DNA of 64,000 nucleotides from Dictyostelium discoideum (GCA_000004695.1 CM000155.2:2144001-2208000), one strand, 5' to 3'; positions 1 to 15,302 are shown, counted from the stretch's first letter. Notes: generated by a model from the sequence alone, not told the origin. Numbers and translations: made by a program.

Positions 1-906
1 GGGAAAAAGAAATATCTTTGGGTACCTTTTCCATAGTATACCTTAACACCAGTACATGATGATAATTGCCAGCTAGCATCAAGATCTTTGAAATCATCCG
101 TTTCATCATTAAAAATGAAAGCATAGAGCATGATGTTTTGATATTGATAATATGAACCTGGAGTGAGAGTCTAAAATTTTAAATAAAAAAAAAATAAAAG
201 ATTAGTAAAGTGATTATCATCTCACCTCTCACATCCAAAGGATGATGTATAAAAGTTATATAAATGATGTGATACCTCTTCCCAAGTTTCAGTGGTTTCT
301 TCCATTTGAGAGCTTGTGTATGAATATCCACTGGTTACACTTAACTTTGCTTCGCAGCCCATAATACTGGCACCAGCTGATGCAGTGGCTTCAACTTTAA
401 TTGTTGATGATTTTGATGAACCTTTCTTTTTAGTTAATGTAGTTTTTACAGTACCTGCAATTTCTTTGTCACCTTGGAAGTCTAAAAAGCATGCAACTGG
501 TTTAGCAAAACAGTAAACATCCATAGTTCTATTTGGATGATTACCAACAAATTTGAATATTTTTAAATCAGTACTCCATGGTGCTTCATTCATACACATT
601 GGTTCTGGAAAGGTTTGTGATTTTGTGACTGCTGCAATCTCTGAATTACTCTATTTAATGCATAAAAAAAAAAAAAAAAAAAATTAATTGATATTTATTT
701 ATTTTATTTTATTTTATTTTATTTTATTTTATTTTTATATTTTTATATTAAAATTGTTAATAAATTAATTGACTTACTTTGCACATTTGACTGTTTTTCA
801 TGTCAAATCTACGAAAAGCAGCACGGTCTTTAAAATCTTTACTTTCACGGTAGTGCTTTAATGTAATGACATTTGGTGGGATAATTGATTCAACTGTTGG
901 TTCCAT
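1..906 (-). CDS. Hypothetical protein, 3'-partial. Three exons, approximately complement(<1..170, 276..650, 778..906). The product contains an amphipathic Ser/Thr-alternating segment.
   Basis: ATG at 906 reads MEPTVESIIPPNVITLKHYRESKDFKDRAAFRRFDMKNSQMCK up to a GTAAGT donor (775..770 on the minus strand). Acceptor tag at 652..651 opens exon 2, which contains track ORF 222..599. A phase-0 donor GAG|GTATCA at 275 and acceptor tttag at 172..171 join frame TLTPGSYYQYQNIMLYAFIFNDETDDFKDLDASWQ, which runs to the window edge with no stop. No family was recognised. Confidence 0.4.
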
Positions 907-1679
907 TTTTTGTTGTGTTATATAACTAAATAATTTGGAAAAGAGCTAAAAAAAAAAAAACTATTTATACACTTTTTTTTTTATTTTTTAATTGAATTAA
1001 AAAAATAAAAAAAAAAAAACCTTATCTGAAAATATAAAGAATTTTAAAAAAAAAAAAATTCAATTATGTTCAAAACCGATTAATAAACAATTTTTTTAAT
1101 TTAATTTCGTAATTTAGTATCAAATTTAATTTTATTTTTATTTTTTATTTAATTTTTCACCAATTGATTTTCGATGATTATAGTTGAGGAAAGTAATTTT
1201 ATGGGTTGGTAGTAAGAATCTTTTTTTTTTTTTTTTTTTTTAAATTATTTTTATTTTCTATGGGAGCTCCCCTTAGGTTTCATATAACCTTTTTTAATAT
1301 ATTTTATAACCGTGGTGCATTTATTATACCAACAACTATTAATACATTGAATTTCCTTTTTTTTATATTTATTTTCCTTTATTCCATAAATGGTTATAAA
1401 TAAAAAAAATAATCAAAGCATTTTAAAATAAAAAAGTTTTTTTTTTTAATCATTTTTTTAGATATAATATCTAAAAATAATTCAAATATATATTTGAAAC
1501 GTTACCCAGAATTTTTTTTTTTTATTTTTTTTTATTTTTTTCATTTATTTTATTTTATTTTTTTTTTTTTTTTTTCATTTTTTTTTTTTATTTTTTTTTA
1601 GAATTTTCTAAAAAGGAACCTGTGAAAAACCTTAACTTTTTAATTAAAATATATATTATATAATTATAGTAGTTGAGAA

Positions 1680-2875
1680 ATGGGAAAAAAAGATAAAGGG
1701 ATGCACAATCCTATGGAAGAGTATAGAAAAGAAATTAAAAAAAAAGAAATTAATAAAAAGGTAATTATGATTTTAAAATTTTTTTTTTTTTTTTTTTATT
1801 TTCTCATTTAATTAAAATTATTATTATTATTATTATTATTATTATTTAGAATCAAGATAAATTAAAAACAAAAGAAAAAGAATATTTAAAACAAGATCCA
1901 CAACAGTTACAATTAGAATTAAAAAAATTAGATAATTCAGAAAAGAATAAAGTAAAGAAAAAACAAATTCAAAATGCATTAGATATTTTATTAAAAAAAA
2001 AAAAAGTAGAGAATGATGATGATGATGATGATGAAGATGATTATAAAAATAATGAAAAAAATAAAAAATTAGAACAATTAAAATTAAAAGATAAGTTACT
2101 TGAGGATGCAATTAAAAAATATGGACCACCTGAGGAATCAATTTATTATGATCCAATTTTAAATCCATATGGAATACCTCCACCAGGTTGTCAAAATATT
2201 AGGAAAAAACCAGCAGCACCAACAGAAACAACTTTTAATAATATTAATACAGCAACATCAAAACCAATACCGTCTTATGGAAGAGGATTACCAATAAATA
2301 AACAAATGGCAAGTATACCAATGGGTATGCCAATGGGTATGCCACCAGGTATGCCACCAGGTATGCCACCAGGTATGCCACCAGGAATACCAATGGGTAT
2401 GCCAATGGGTATGCCAATGGGTATGCCAATGAGTATACCACCACCTTATATAATTCATCAAATGATGATGATGAAAAGACCACCAAATGTAAATAATAAT
2501 GCACCACCACCTCCTTTAGGATTTATACCACCACCCCCTATTCCTCAATTTTTAGTACCAAAATCAAACATTCAAACAAATATTAATAAAAAGGAATCAC
2601 CAAAATCAACAACAACAACAACAACAAATAGTAATAATAATAACAATAATAATAATAATAATAATAACCCAATTTCAACCACATTAGAATCAACTACATC
2701 TACGTCCACAACAACAGAAGAAATATTGGATAGTTCTAGATCAACATCAATATCAACCTCAACAACTACTACAACTTCAAATAATATAAAAGAAACAACA
2801 GCGACAAATGAACCAACAAATGAAGAAGTAGAAGAAGGATTTGATGATTTCATGAATGAAATTTCAGGTGTATAA
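1680..2875 (+). CDS. WBP11/SIPP1-like protein (WW-domain-binding protein 11 family, splicing-factor associated). Two exons, 1680..1760 and 1850..2875.
   Basis: Exon 1 MGKKDKGMHNPMEEYRKEIKKKEINKK ends at GTAATT (1761). Acceptor tttag at 1849 continues in frame into track ORF 2306..2875. The N-terminus resembles the Wbp11 domain (human ...KSGKFMNPTDQARKEARKRELKKNKKQR...). The middle carries a Pro/Met/Gly-rich (GMPPGMPPG)n repeat. The C-terminus EEGFDDFMNEISGV resembles WBP11 DDVYEAFMKEMEGLL. Confidence 0.6.
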
Positions 2876-2987
2876 TGAAAATAAATAAAATCCAAGAAAA
2901 ATGCTTATTTTAAATAGAATCTTTTTTTTTTTTTTTCTTTATTATTATTATTTCTTTTTTTTTTTATATATTTTTTAATTATTATTT

Positions 2988-4603
2988 TTAAATAAATAAA
3001 ATTATTAAATTAAAAATTAAAGTTATCAATGATAAATTGAAACAAGTTGTAGAATAAATAATTGAAAAACCAAAACTACTATCTTCAGCTTCATGGAAAG
3101 GTGGTACAAAATGAGCAGCCATAATTTTACCAATATAAAGTGAACCTTGATGTTCAGGAACATTGGTTTTAAAAGATAAACTTGTGATCATGGCATTTTT
3201 AAAAGCAAATAAATCAGGGAAAGGAATTTGTAATTCAATCCAACGATTTGCAGGGAATTCACCACCAACATATTGAGTGATACCCATGCATGGTAGCTGG
3301 GCATTGATAGTTTCTTCACCTAAACAAATTGCAGCATTCAATTGCTTTGGAGGTATATTCCTTAGAATGTCTTCATTGGATTCAGTATTTTCTAAACCTG
3401 GGAATTGGTAATTTGGATCTGGCTCAAAGTAAAGATCAAATACAATACCGTCGTATAGGTTAGTATCCAATGTACCATTTTCTAGAGAGATCAATAGATT
3501 GTTAAAACTTGATACTTGGTATTCAATCGTTGGATAACCTTTGTAAAAGTTTGCACGACTTTTAAAATTAATATTACCACTACTATAGGTATTATTTGCA
3601 CCACCTTCAAATTCACCCTTATCATAGTAGATTATATTGGTTTTATTCTTTAAATCCATACAAACTGAACCATTTGAGAATTGAATATCATCCAAATAAA
3701 CCATATCCATAAATAAACTATTGGTACCCTGAATCATGAATCCATCGATTTTGGTGATGTTTGATGGATTAATTGGAATTTGGAGTAGTGGTATAATAAC
3801 TTTATACCAAACACCAGCTTCAATACCACCCAAAAGGTAATCACCAATATTGGCAATACCAACTCTCAATGAATTATAGGTTAGATAAAGTACCAATGAT
3901 TGTTTACCACTATTACCACCATTTAACCAAAACGATAGATATTTATGTCTTTTAATTGGTACGGTTTCATTAATATGAAGACGGAAATAATCAGAACCAC
4001 GATTCAATGCAAAACCAATACTATTACCAGTTCTAACAAATTGTGAACTTGGATTAATTACCAATGTATTTGATTTATCTTTCCAAAAGCCTTGAAAGGT
4101 ATCATTATAGATATCAACTGGTCTATAGCTTGTACAATTTGATGTGAAATATCCAATTGGTGAAGTTTTCCAATTAGTATAGAGTTCAGAATTTGTATCC
4201 TCTGATGATCCATTCAAACATGGTGCTGAAACATAGTTAAACAATGAAAGCTCTGCAAAAGTTGGTAATTTGGTTGATGAAATACTCTTTTCTTGATTAT
4301 TTGTTAATGATACATAATAGTTCATTGGTGGTACTGGAATTCTCGCACCACTACTTGCATAGGTTGCATCAATTTTATTCTTTAATAAAAGTTTATCAAA
4401 ATACCAAGAAATACCAGTTGTTGTATAAATAAATGTATAATTATGGAATAATGTAAAATCTGCACCTGGTAATGGTTCTATAAATTGTACTAATACTCCA
4501 AAATATGTATATCCATAATATAAATTGGTTGAATTACCATTAATTTTAAAAAATATATCAGAATATTGACCTTTACCACCTGATGCGATATATGCTTTTG
4601 TAA

Positions 4604-4637
<34 letters not shown>

Positions 4638-6004
4638 AACCATTAATATTTTAAATTATAATAAATAGTTTTTTTTTTTTTTAAAAAAAAAAAAAACTTA
4701 CTTGAATTTGTTGCAGGAGAAGGAACTAAATTAAAAGTATAAGTACCATATGACAATTTTTGGGTTGATTCAACTTCAGCGCAAGTATAACTATTATTAA
4801 GACATTTTGAAGGGCAACCTTTATTATCAAGAGTGAGTCTCATTACATTTTTAGTACCAGATTGTGTATATTGAACATTTTCACTTAATAAAGTACAAGA
4901 ATATGGATTATTTGCAATTGATGAAATTGAACCAATGAAATTACCATCAGTTGACATTGTATCAGTTACATCTTCAGAACAAGTTATTTTACCAGATGTT
5001 GCAAGTGATGATGATGATGATGAAAGTAAAGGATCAACTTCATCTGATAATTCTTGGGTTGTGATACTCTCTGAAATTTCATTTTCATCAGATGATGACG
5101 ATGTTGATTTCTTTGGTGGTTTTATTTTTGTTTTTTCATCACCTGAAACACTAAATGAATCTAAAGAATCCAATGGTAATGTTGATGATGAATCTTGGTC
5201 CAATGATGAATCTTTAATCTTTGGGATTGAAGAAATTGTTGCTGTAGTTTTTGTTGGTGTTAAAGTTTTCTTTGGTACTAATGTAGCTTTTCCAGTTGTT
5301 GTAGATGATAAAGTAGTTGGTAATTTTGATTTTGATGTTGTTGCAACTCCAGTGGTGGTTGTTGACTTTGCCTTTGAAGTTGTGCCAGTGGTAGAGGCTG
5401 TAGAAGTAGTAGTGGCAGTAGTAGTGGTTGCTGTTGACTTTACCTTGGAAGTTGTTGTATCAGTTAAAGTTGTTTCAGGAACTACTTTTGAAGTTAAAGA
5501 TTTGGTAGTTGTAAGTTTAGTTGCTGGTTTACTAATTGATGGTTCTTTAGTTGTTGAAGTTGTACTGAATTTAATTGTTGGTGGTAATTCAGTTGGAGCT
5601 TTAGTTGAAATTTTTGTTACCTTTGTTGGTGGTGGTGGTGTTGTTAGTTTTGGTTTTGTTGTAGTCTTGGGTTTAGTAGTTATTGATGGCTTTGTGGTTG
5701 TGGTTTTTGGTTTAGTTGTCACTTTAGGTTTTGGTGATGGTTTTTGAGTCGGCTTTGGCTCAGAAGTATCAATTGAAGGAATAATTTTTGGATCCATTGT
5801 ATCTGGTGGTGGTGGTAACGAATCTGAATGTTGTTCAATCTCTTCTCCAACCCCTTCACCAAATAAATTGTCACCAACCGGTGGTGATATATTTTCATTT
5901 GTATCATATAATTCTAATTCATAAGATTTTACATTACCATTTGATGATAATAATAAAAATATTAATAAATAATATATTATAAATATTCTAAATTTTATTT
6001 TCAT
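2988..6004 (-). CDS. Secreted, probably GPI-anchored mucin-like cell-surface protein (paralog A). Two exons, complement(2988..4595, 4702..6004).
   Basis: Track ORFs 4643..6004 and 2988..4643 are one gene. They are split by a poly(A/T) intron with donor CAA|GTAAGT (4701..4696) and acceptor tttag at 4597..4596, phase 1, giving codon ATT. The protein has an N-terminal signal peptide MKIKFRIFIIYYLLIFLLLSS. It continues with a TTKPK/Pro-Thr-Lys mucin repeat and a Ser/Thr-rich stretch. Next come a 4-Cys module (...KGCPSKCLNNSYTCAEVESTQKLSYGTYTF) and a ~550-aa domain, ending in a hydrophobic tail FNLSLITLIFNLIILFI that looks like a GPI signal. Confidence 0.6.
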
Positions 6005-7109
6005 TTTTTTTTTTTTTTTTTTTCTTCTTTCTTTTTTTTTTTTTTCAATTGTTTATCTTTATTTTATCTATCTATATTCTAATAATAATAAAAAAATAGT
6101 TAAACAAAGTGAATAAAAAAAAATGTAGATTCAAAAATATTATATATACCTTAACAATTTATATTTTATCGGAATTTTATATTTATTAAAATTATAATTA
6201 TAAAAGATATAATTTATTTCTATGATATTTATAAAATAAAAAATTTTTTTTTTTTTTTTTTTTATTTAATTTATTTAAAAATTTTATTTTTAACATAAAA
6301 TAGAATTCAACTAATTATTTTTTTTTATTTATTATTATTATTTGTTTTAATAATAATAATATTAATAATAATTATAAAAAAACTAATAATCATAATCTGA
6401 AATGTAATTTACAAATTTTCAATAAATAAAGTAAAAAAAAAAAAGGACAACATGTTGTTAATAATAAAATGTTAAAATGCTTGGGGTAAGGATTTTAAAA
6501 ATGATGGTTATTATTTTAAAACATTAATTTTATTATTAATTTTTAAATTTAATAGTTAAAATAAATTTTTTTTTTTTTCCAATTTGTTGATTTACTAATT
6601 ACTTTTTATAACTACCAAAAAAATTCTTTAAAAGTTTATAACAATAAAACTAATTTTTAAAATGATGTTACAAATTGATTATTCCAAATAAATTTAAAGA
6701 TTTATTCAAAAAACAATAAAGTGTGGTTTTTTTTTTTTTATTTATTATTTTTATTTATATTTATATAGTATTTTATAAAAAAAACAATGCCCACAGATTT
6801 ACTTTTTACATGTTTTTTTAAAAAAAAAGAAAAATAATCATATATTTAATTTTTATTTTGAAAAAAATTATTTCTTGAAAAATATTAATAGATTTTTAAA
6901 GGGTGATTAAAATAAATTAAATTTTTATCTTTTTTTTATTTTATTTTTTTTTTCTACAAATTTCTTATGGTTTTTAATTAATTTAAAATACTATAAAATA
7001 ATATAAAATAATTTAATATAAAATAAAATAAAATAAAATAAAATAATTTTTTTAATTAAAAAAAATAATACAAATATATATGTTTTTTATTTATTTGTTT
7101 TTTTTTTGT

Positions 7110-9468
7110 TTAGATAAATAATAAAGAAATTATAAAAATTAATAATAATAAATAAATATTTGATAATAATTTGAAAGCGTTTGAACCATCCTCTAGTACT
7201 TTATATGGTGGTACAAAATTACCAGCAGAAATATCACCAATAAAGAAAACACCTTGGTGATCTTGTACTTGAGTTTGGAAAGTGATACTACTGATAAGAG
7301 CATTTGGATAAACTTGAAGATCAGAGAAAGGAATTAAAAGTTCAACCCATACTGCATTTGGAACTTGACCACCCAAGTATGGTGATAAACCAACACAAGG
7401 TAAATTACCAACCACTTGAACGGTAATACAAATTTGAAGATCTAAAAAGAAAGAGTTTGCAACTTCACTAGAGTCAATACTTGGATTTGGATTATTATAA
7501 GATTGATCATGAAGGAAGAAGAAATTCAATCTCAAAAGATCATATTGAGATGTATCGATTGTACCATTCATCATTGAGATGATTGCTTTGTAATTATTGT
7601 ATAATTGATACTCGATAGTTGGAAAACCTCTAAAAAGTTTACTAACGGATTTGAAATTTACATTACCAGTGTTATACTGATCGGAAGCACCATTTAATAA
7701 TTGACCAAGTTGATAGTATGGATATTCCGATGACTCTTCCATACAAACCGTACCATTTGAAAAGTAAAGATCATCCATATAGATTAGATCATAAAATTCA
7801 TTAGAGGCACCAGTGATTAAAATCCCATTGAATGTTTTAGTGGTTGATGGAGTGATAGTGATCTTTGAAAATGGTATAATCACTTTATACCAAGTTTGTG
7901 GTAATAAACTACCATGAATATATTCTCCAATATTTACTGAACCAATCTTTTTACCGGCAAGTGTTAAATAAACCACAAGATTTTGGTTACCCAATTGACC
8001 ACCATTGATCCAAAACATAATATATTTATTTTGTTTAATTGGTATAGCGGTTTGGTTATATTGAATCAATAGGTATTCAGCACCGGAATTCAAAGAGAAA
8101 CTAAATGCAGTACCAATTCTAGCATATTGACTTTGAGTACTTGAACTATTGATAAATTTAATGAGTGTATTACCACCAGCGTTCCAACCATCGTTAAAAC
8201 TATCATTAAAGATTGGTATTGGTCTATAGTTTGTGCAATTGGATGTAAAGAAATATAATAATGAATTCTCGTCATGCCAATTATTACCACCATCAGACGA
8301 ATCGGTACAAACACCAGCAGTATAATTAAATGAAATTATATCAGAATAAGTTGGTAAACTTGATGGAGAGATCTTTGTTTGTGGATTTGATGTAATTGAT
8401 GTATAATAAGTAAGTGGTGGAACTGGGAAAACTACACCATTATAAGCTGAACTATCAAATTTACCCAATAAAATACCATTGAAATAGAAACTAAGTTGAG
8501 TTTTACTAAAATCAAAAGAGTAGGTATTGGTACTACTAATTACAACACCTGTTAAATCTTTATAATAATTAACCTTTTGACCAAAATATGTATAACCATA
8601 ATTTACTCTTGTTGTATTACCAAAAATTTGGAAATAAATATCAGAATATTGACTATTGCCACCTGTACTTGCATATAATTTTGTAACTTTTAAAAAAAAA
8701 TAAAAAAAAAATTAATTAAATTAAAATTTGTTTTTTTTTTTTTTTTTTTTTTTTTTTATTAAAAATTAAATACTTACTAACATTTTTAATTGGTGAAACC
8801 TTTGCTATAAATGTGTAGGTACCATAATTTAAAGATGATTGTGCTTGAATTTCAGCACAAGAGTAAGAATGTGTCAAACAAGATGTTGGACAACCTGCAC
8901 TATCTAATATTAATCTTGCAACATTTGTTGTACCAGTACCAGATTTTGTGAATTTTACATTTGAACTTTGAAGATAACAATCATATGGATCATTTGATGA
9001 TGATGAAACTGATTCTTGGAAATTACCAGAATTACTCATACTATCAAAAACATCAGTTGCACATGGATGTTCACCAGCTGATGATTCGGATGAGGATGAT
9101 GTTACTTCAGATGATGATGATGATGATGATGTTGATGATGGTGTTGGTGTTACAGGTTTTTTAGTTGGTGTTGCAGTTGGAGTTGTTTCATTCGATGAAG
9201 ATGATGATGATGGTGCTCCTGTAGTTGATGTTGATGCTCCTGTAGTTGATGTTGGTGCTCCTGTAGTTGTGGTTGATGCTGGTGATCCTGTAGTTGTGGT
9301 TGTTGTTGTTACCTTTGCTGTTGATGCTGCCGATGTCGTTGGTAGTGCAGTTGCTGTTGTTGTTGTTGTTGAAGTTGTTAAAGGGTCATCTGAAAGAGAT
9401 GGTTTTGCAAAACATAAAATTAAAAAAACTAAAAAACTATATAATATAATTTTTTTATATTCTTTCAT
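7110..9468 (-). CDS. Secreted, probably GPI-anchored mucin-like cell-surface protein (paralog B, tandem duplicate of 2988..6004). Two exons, complement(7110..8685, 8778..9468).
   Basis: Track ORFs 8716..9468 and 7110..8468 are joined by an intron at the same position and phase as paralog A: donor GTT A|GTAAGT (8777..8772) and acceptor aaaag at 8687..8686, phase 1, codon ATT. The protein has a signal peptide MKEYKKIILYSFLVFLILCFA and a Ser/Thr-rich region. It shares the 4-Cys module CPTSCLTHSYSCAEIQAQSSLNYGTYTF, a conserved C-terminal domain and a hydrophobic C-terminus LLSNIYLLLLIFIISLLFI. Confidence 0.6.
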
Positions 9469-10717
9469 TTTTATTTATTATTATATGAATATTTTTTAAA
9501 TATTCTAAAATTATTTTACAATATATTAGTTATTTTGCTATAAATAAAATTTTTAAATAATATTTATTAATATTTATTTTTTTTATTATTTTTATTATTA
9601 TTATTATTATTTTTTTTGAAAAAAATTAAATTATTATTGATAATAATAATAAATTTCCAAAAAGAATAAAAAAAAAAATAAAAAAATAAAAAATAATAAA
9701 ATTAAATAATTATTGTTTTTTTTTTTTTTAAAATAATTAACTGATCAAAATTATTAGAATAATAGAATAATAGATTAATACTTTTTTCTTTTTTAATTAA
9801 AAAAATTTTGGGTTTTTTTTTTTTTTTTTTTTTTTTTGGGGTAATGGTGGAAAAAAAAAAAAAAAAATTTTTTTTTTTTTTTTTTTTTTTTATTATTAAA
9901 ATTAAGGATAGGTTTAGGGGGTTTATTATTACTATATTATAAGGAGGGGGGTTGTTATTTAAATGATTTATAAGGCAATGATGTAATCCTTAAAACCAAT
10001 TTGAATAATTAAAAATTTCCAAGGAAAAAAAAAAAAATTAAAAAAAATAAAAATATAAAATTTTATTTAAATAAAATTAAATATTTAAATTTTAATTAAA
10101 AAAAAAAAAAAAAAAAAAAAAAAGCTGATATACATTTGAGGTTGAAATCAAATATAATGAATAAAAATAATTATATAATAAAAATAATTTTACCACTCAC
10201 AACATGGCAAATTTGTGTGTTATGTGTGTGAATTTGCATATATTTATTAGAAAAAAAAAAAAAACCTAACACACATGTTATAAAACACACCAAAGTTGGT
10301 TGGTTGGTGATAAACTATACATATTTTTTAAAAGGTTGGGGTATACATACATATATTCATCATGTGTTATATTTCCAATATAAAATTATAATTTTAAAAT
10401 AAATAAAAAAAAAATTAAAAAAAAAAAAAATTTAAAATTCTAAAAATAATTGTTTAAAAATAGAAAATATGATAGATGCTGAAAAAAAGATTTAAAAAAA
10501 AAAAAAAAAAAAAGGTGAAAAACTCACCTTTAAAACACCTTTTTTAGTTTATTCCATGATTATTGTTTTTATTTACAATTATATTTAGCATTGTTTTGTT
10601 TTGTTGTTGATTTTGTTATTGTTGTTGTGTGTTTGTGTAAATTTTTTTTTTTTGTGGTTTTTCTCTTATTTTTTTATTTTCTCTTTTTTTTTTTTTTTTC
10701 TTATTATAATAATTTTA

Positions 10718-12838
<2,121 letters not shown>

Positions 12839-13250
12839 TACTAATATATTTATATAATTTATTTGTTTGTTCTTTTATTTGTTGATATTACTTTTTTAAA
12901 AGAGAGAAAAAAAAAAAAAAAAAATGTATGATTTAATTTTGAACAATGAAATAATAAAATAAAATTTTTTTTGTTTTTATTTTTTTTTATATTTTTTTTT
13001 TCTATTTTTTTTTTTTTAAAAAAAAAAATTGTGTTTTTGGGAAATTCAAATAAAATTTAATTTTAGACGAAAAAAGAAAGAGGGAAAAGATTCAAAACGA
13101 GCCAAATCTAATTTTGAAAATTTAAATTATTTTTTTAATGTTGTTTACTTGAATTTATTTTTTTTTTTAAAAGTTTATTTTTTTTTTTTTTTTTTATGTA
13201 CATTTATACAATTTTTATTTGAAGGGAGAGAAAGAGTACATGAAAGGTAA

Positions 13251-13366
13251 CTATTTCTTAAGTTCCTCTTGTTCTTCGTAGAATTCTTCTTCACCAGCCT
13301 GGATTTCATCGTTGATATCGCCCCAACCATATTGACCATGTCCATCTAAGAGGGAAAGAAGAGAGG

Positions 13367-13402
<36 letters not shown>

Positions 13403-13458
13403 TTAAATTTTATAATCCAAGAAAAAAAAAAAAAAAAAAAAAAATTATAATAACTTAC
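13251..13458 (-). CDS. Small acidic protein, two 3' exons resolved (complement(13251..13345, 13458..about 13536)). Start codon unresolved.
   Basis: Frame ...FSEKVDKNVRLDRRSCAAYRGTEKK ends at donor AAG AAG A|GTAAGT (13457..13452). Acceptor cttag at 13347..13346 continues N-GHGQYGWGDINDEIQAGEEEFYEEQEELKK with stop TAG at 13253..13251. The only nearby ATG (13540) is out of frame (ATG GTT CTT TTC AGA AAA AGT TGA). The next sequence, ttcttttcag, looks like an acceptor, so a further upstream exon is suspected. Confidence 0.3.
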
Positions 13459-13670
13459 TCTTCTTTTCAGTGCCTCTGTAAGCTGCACAAGATCTACGGT
13501 CTAATCTAACATTTTTGTCAACTTTTTCTGAAAGAACCATTTTGTATATATATTATTTATTATATTATATTATTTTATTTGTGAATATTTTCTTGTAATT
13601 GATTATATTTATTTGCTTTGCTAATTTTTTGCTGATATTTAATGAAAATGAAATTTATTGTTTTTATACC

Positions 13671-13720
<50 letters not shown>

Positions 13721-14125
13721 TGTATCAATATTAATGAAATTGTAATTAAATTTAATTTTTTTTATTTTTTTAAATATTTTAATTTTTTTTGAAATTTATA
13801 TTAAATTAATATTAATAGAAACAATTTCAATTGTATTCTTTAAATGGAAAAATGAGATTATTTTGATTTTTTGTTATTTTTTTTTAATTTTTTTTTAATT
13901 TTTTTTTTATTTTTTTTTAATTTTCATTTATTTTTTTTTTAATTTTAATTTAATTTATTTTTTTTTTCATTTTTATTTGAAAATACTCTTTTTGATAAAT
14001 ATCTATTGTATGAAATCCAAAAGAAAAAAAAAAAAAAAAAAAAAAAATCAAAAATTGCAAGTGTCTCGATTCATTTGATATTTTCTTGACAACAAATTAT
14101 TTTCACACCCCCAATTCACCTCAAA

Positions 14126-14161
<36 letters not shown>

Positions 14162-14758
14162 ACAAAAAAAAAAAAAAAAAAAAAAAAAAATTAAGGAAAA
14201 AAAAATGCAAACTTCTGTGCAACTGAACCTCATTAATTTTTTTATTTTTATATTTTTGGAAAAAAAAATATTTGGTGGTGTGGGTGTGTTAATAAAAAAA
14301 ATAAACATTTTTTGGTTGTTGGTATAATAATAACAATGATATTAGCAGTTTTAATTAATGGCTGTCAGTTACATTTATATCTTCTCAAATGCCCATTACA
14401 AGCAGATTGTTTGAATGGAGATAAATAAAAAATAATGCACAAATCATAATTTTGTCAAATTTTTTAAAAAATAAAAAATAATAAAAATAAAAAATATCAA
14501 AAATATCAAATAAAAAAATATCATTTTTTTTAAAAAAAAAAAAAAAAAAATAAATAAATAAATATAATAAAAAAAAAACAATGATGGACAAATATCAAAA
14601 TAAATTTATTTTCAATTTTTTTAAAATTTTTTTTTTTTTTATTTAAATAGTATTTATTTTTTTATTTACTAAAATTATATTTATTCAATACATATTTTTT
14701 ATGTACTATTTTTAATATAAAGATGTAATCTTTACAAAGGTTTTTCTGTTTACCAAAA

Positions 14759-14811
<53 letters not shown>

Positions 14812-14905
14812 TAGTATAAAATGTAAGTATTTATACATTAAGTAAGTAAATGTATTTTTGCTATTATTATTGTTATTGTTATTATTGTTATTGTTTTTTT
14901 TCTTT

Positions 14906-15252
14906 TTAAATATTATGTGAGGATGGAGAGGCAGAATCATTTTTAGTATCAACTTCGTTGTTGATTGGATTTGAAGTTATGGTTTTTCCTAATGAAGTTG
15001 GTAAATTGAAATATAATAAAATGGTAGTTGTTAAACCTATTCCACCAAATATCCAAAACATTGTTGATTGGCCCAAATACTCTACGACAACCAAAAAGAA
15101 GAATGATAAAATCAAATTGAAACACCACTGGAATGCATTAATAACTGGTGCACCAATACTTTTACTTTCTTCTGGTAAGATTTCATTAATTACAAACCAA
15201 AACTAAAAAATTAAAAATTAAATATATTGATATTAATAAATGTATATATATA

Positions 15253-15302
<50 letters not shown>

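Noticed and set aside
1206-1403. Track ORF rich in poly-Phe (MVVRIFFFFFFFKLFLF...)
   Set aside because: It is a translation of a poly(T)/A-T intergenic tract with no protein-like composition. The same artefact explains track ORFs at 13029..13250, 14048..14308, 14385..14591, 14662..14952, 29052..29369, 30563..30757, 37025..37288, 40675..40890, 43644..43859, 44171..44547, 46403..46588, 47526..47787 and 60022..60207.
4935-5747. 270-aa ORF on the plus strand (Val/Gly-rich)
   Set aside because: It is antisense to the Thr/Pro/Lys mucin repeat of the minus-strand surface-protein gene, so it is a mirror-image of that repeat. The same applies to 9269..9499 and 8961..9164 (antisense to paralog B). It also applies to 12498..12885 and 12181..12513 (antisense to the Glu/Lys gene), 42398..42904 and 42435..42844 (antisense or alternative frames of the PEX13 YG repeat), 53406..53762 and 52947..53237 (antisense to the macro-SIR2 gene N-terminus), and 56220..56902 and 57053..57283 (alternative frames of the DUSP repeats).
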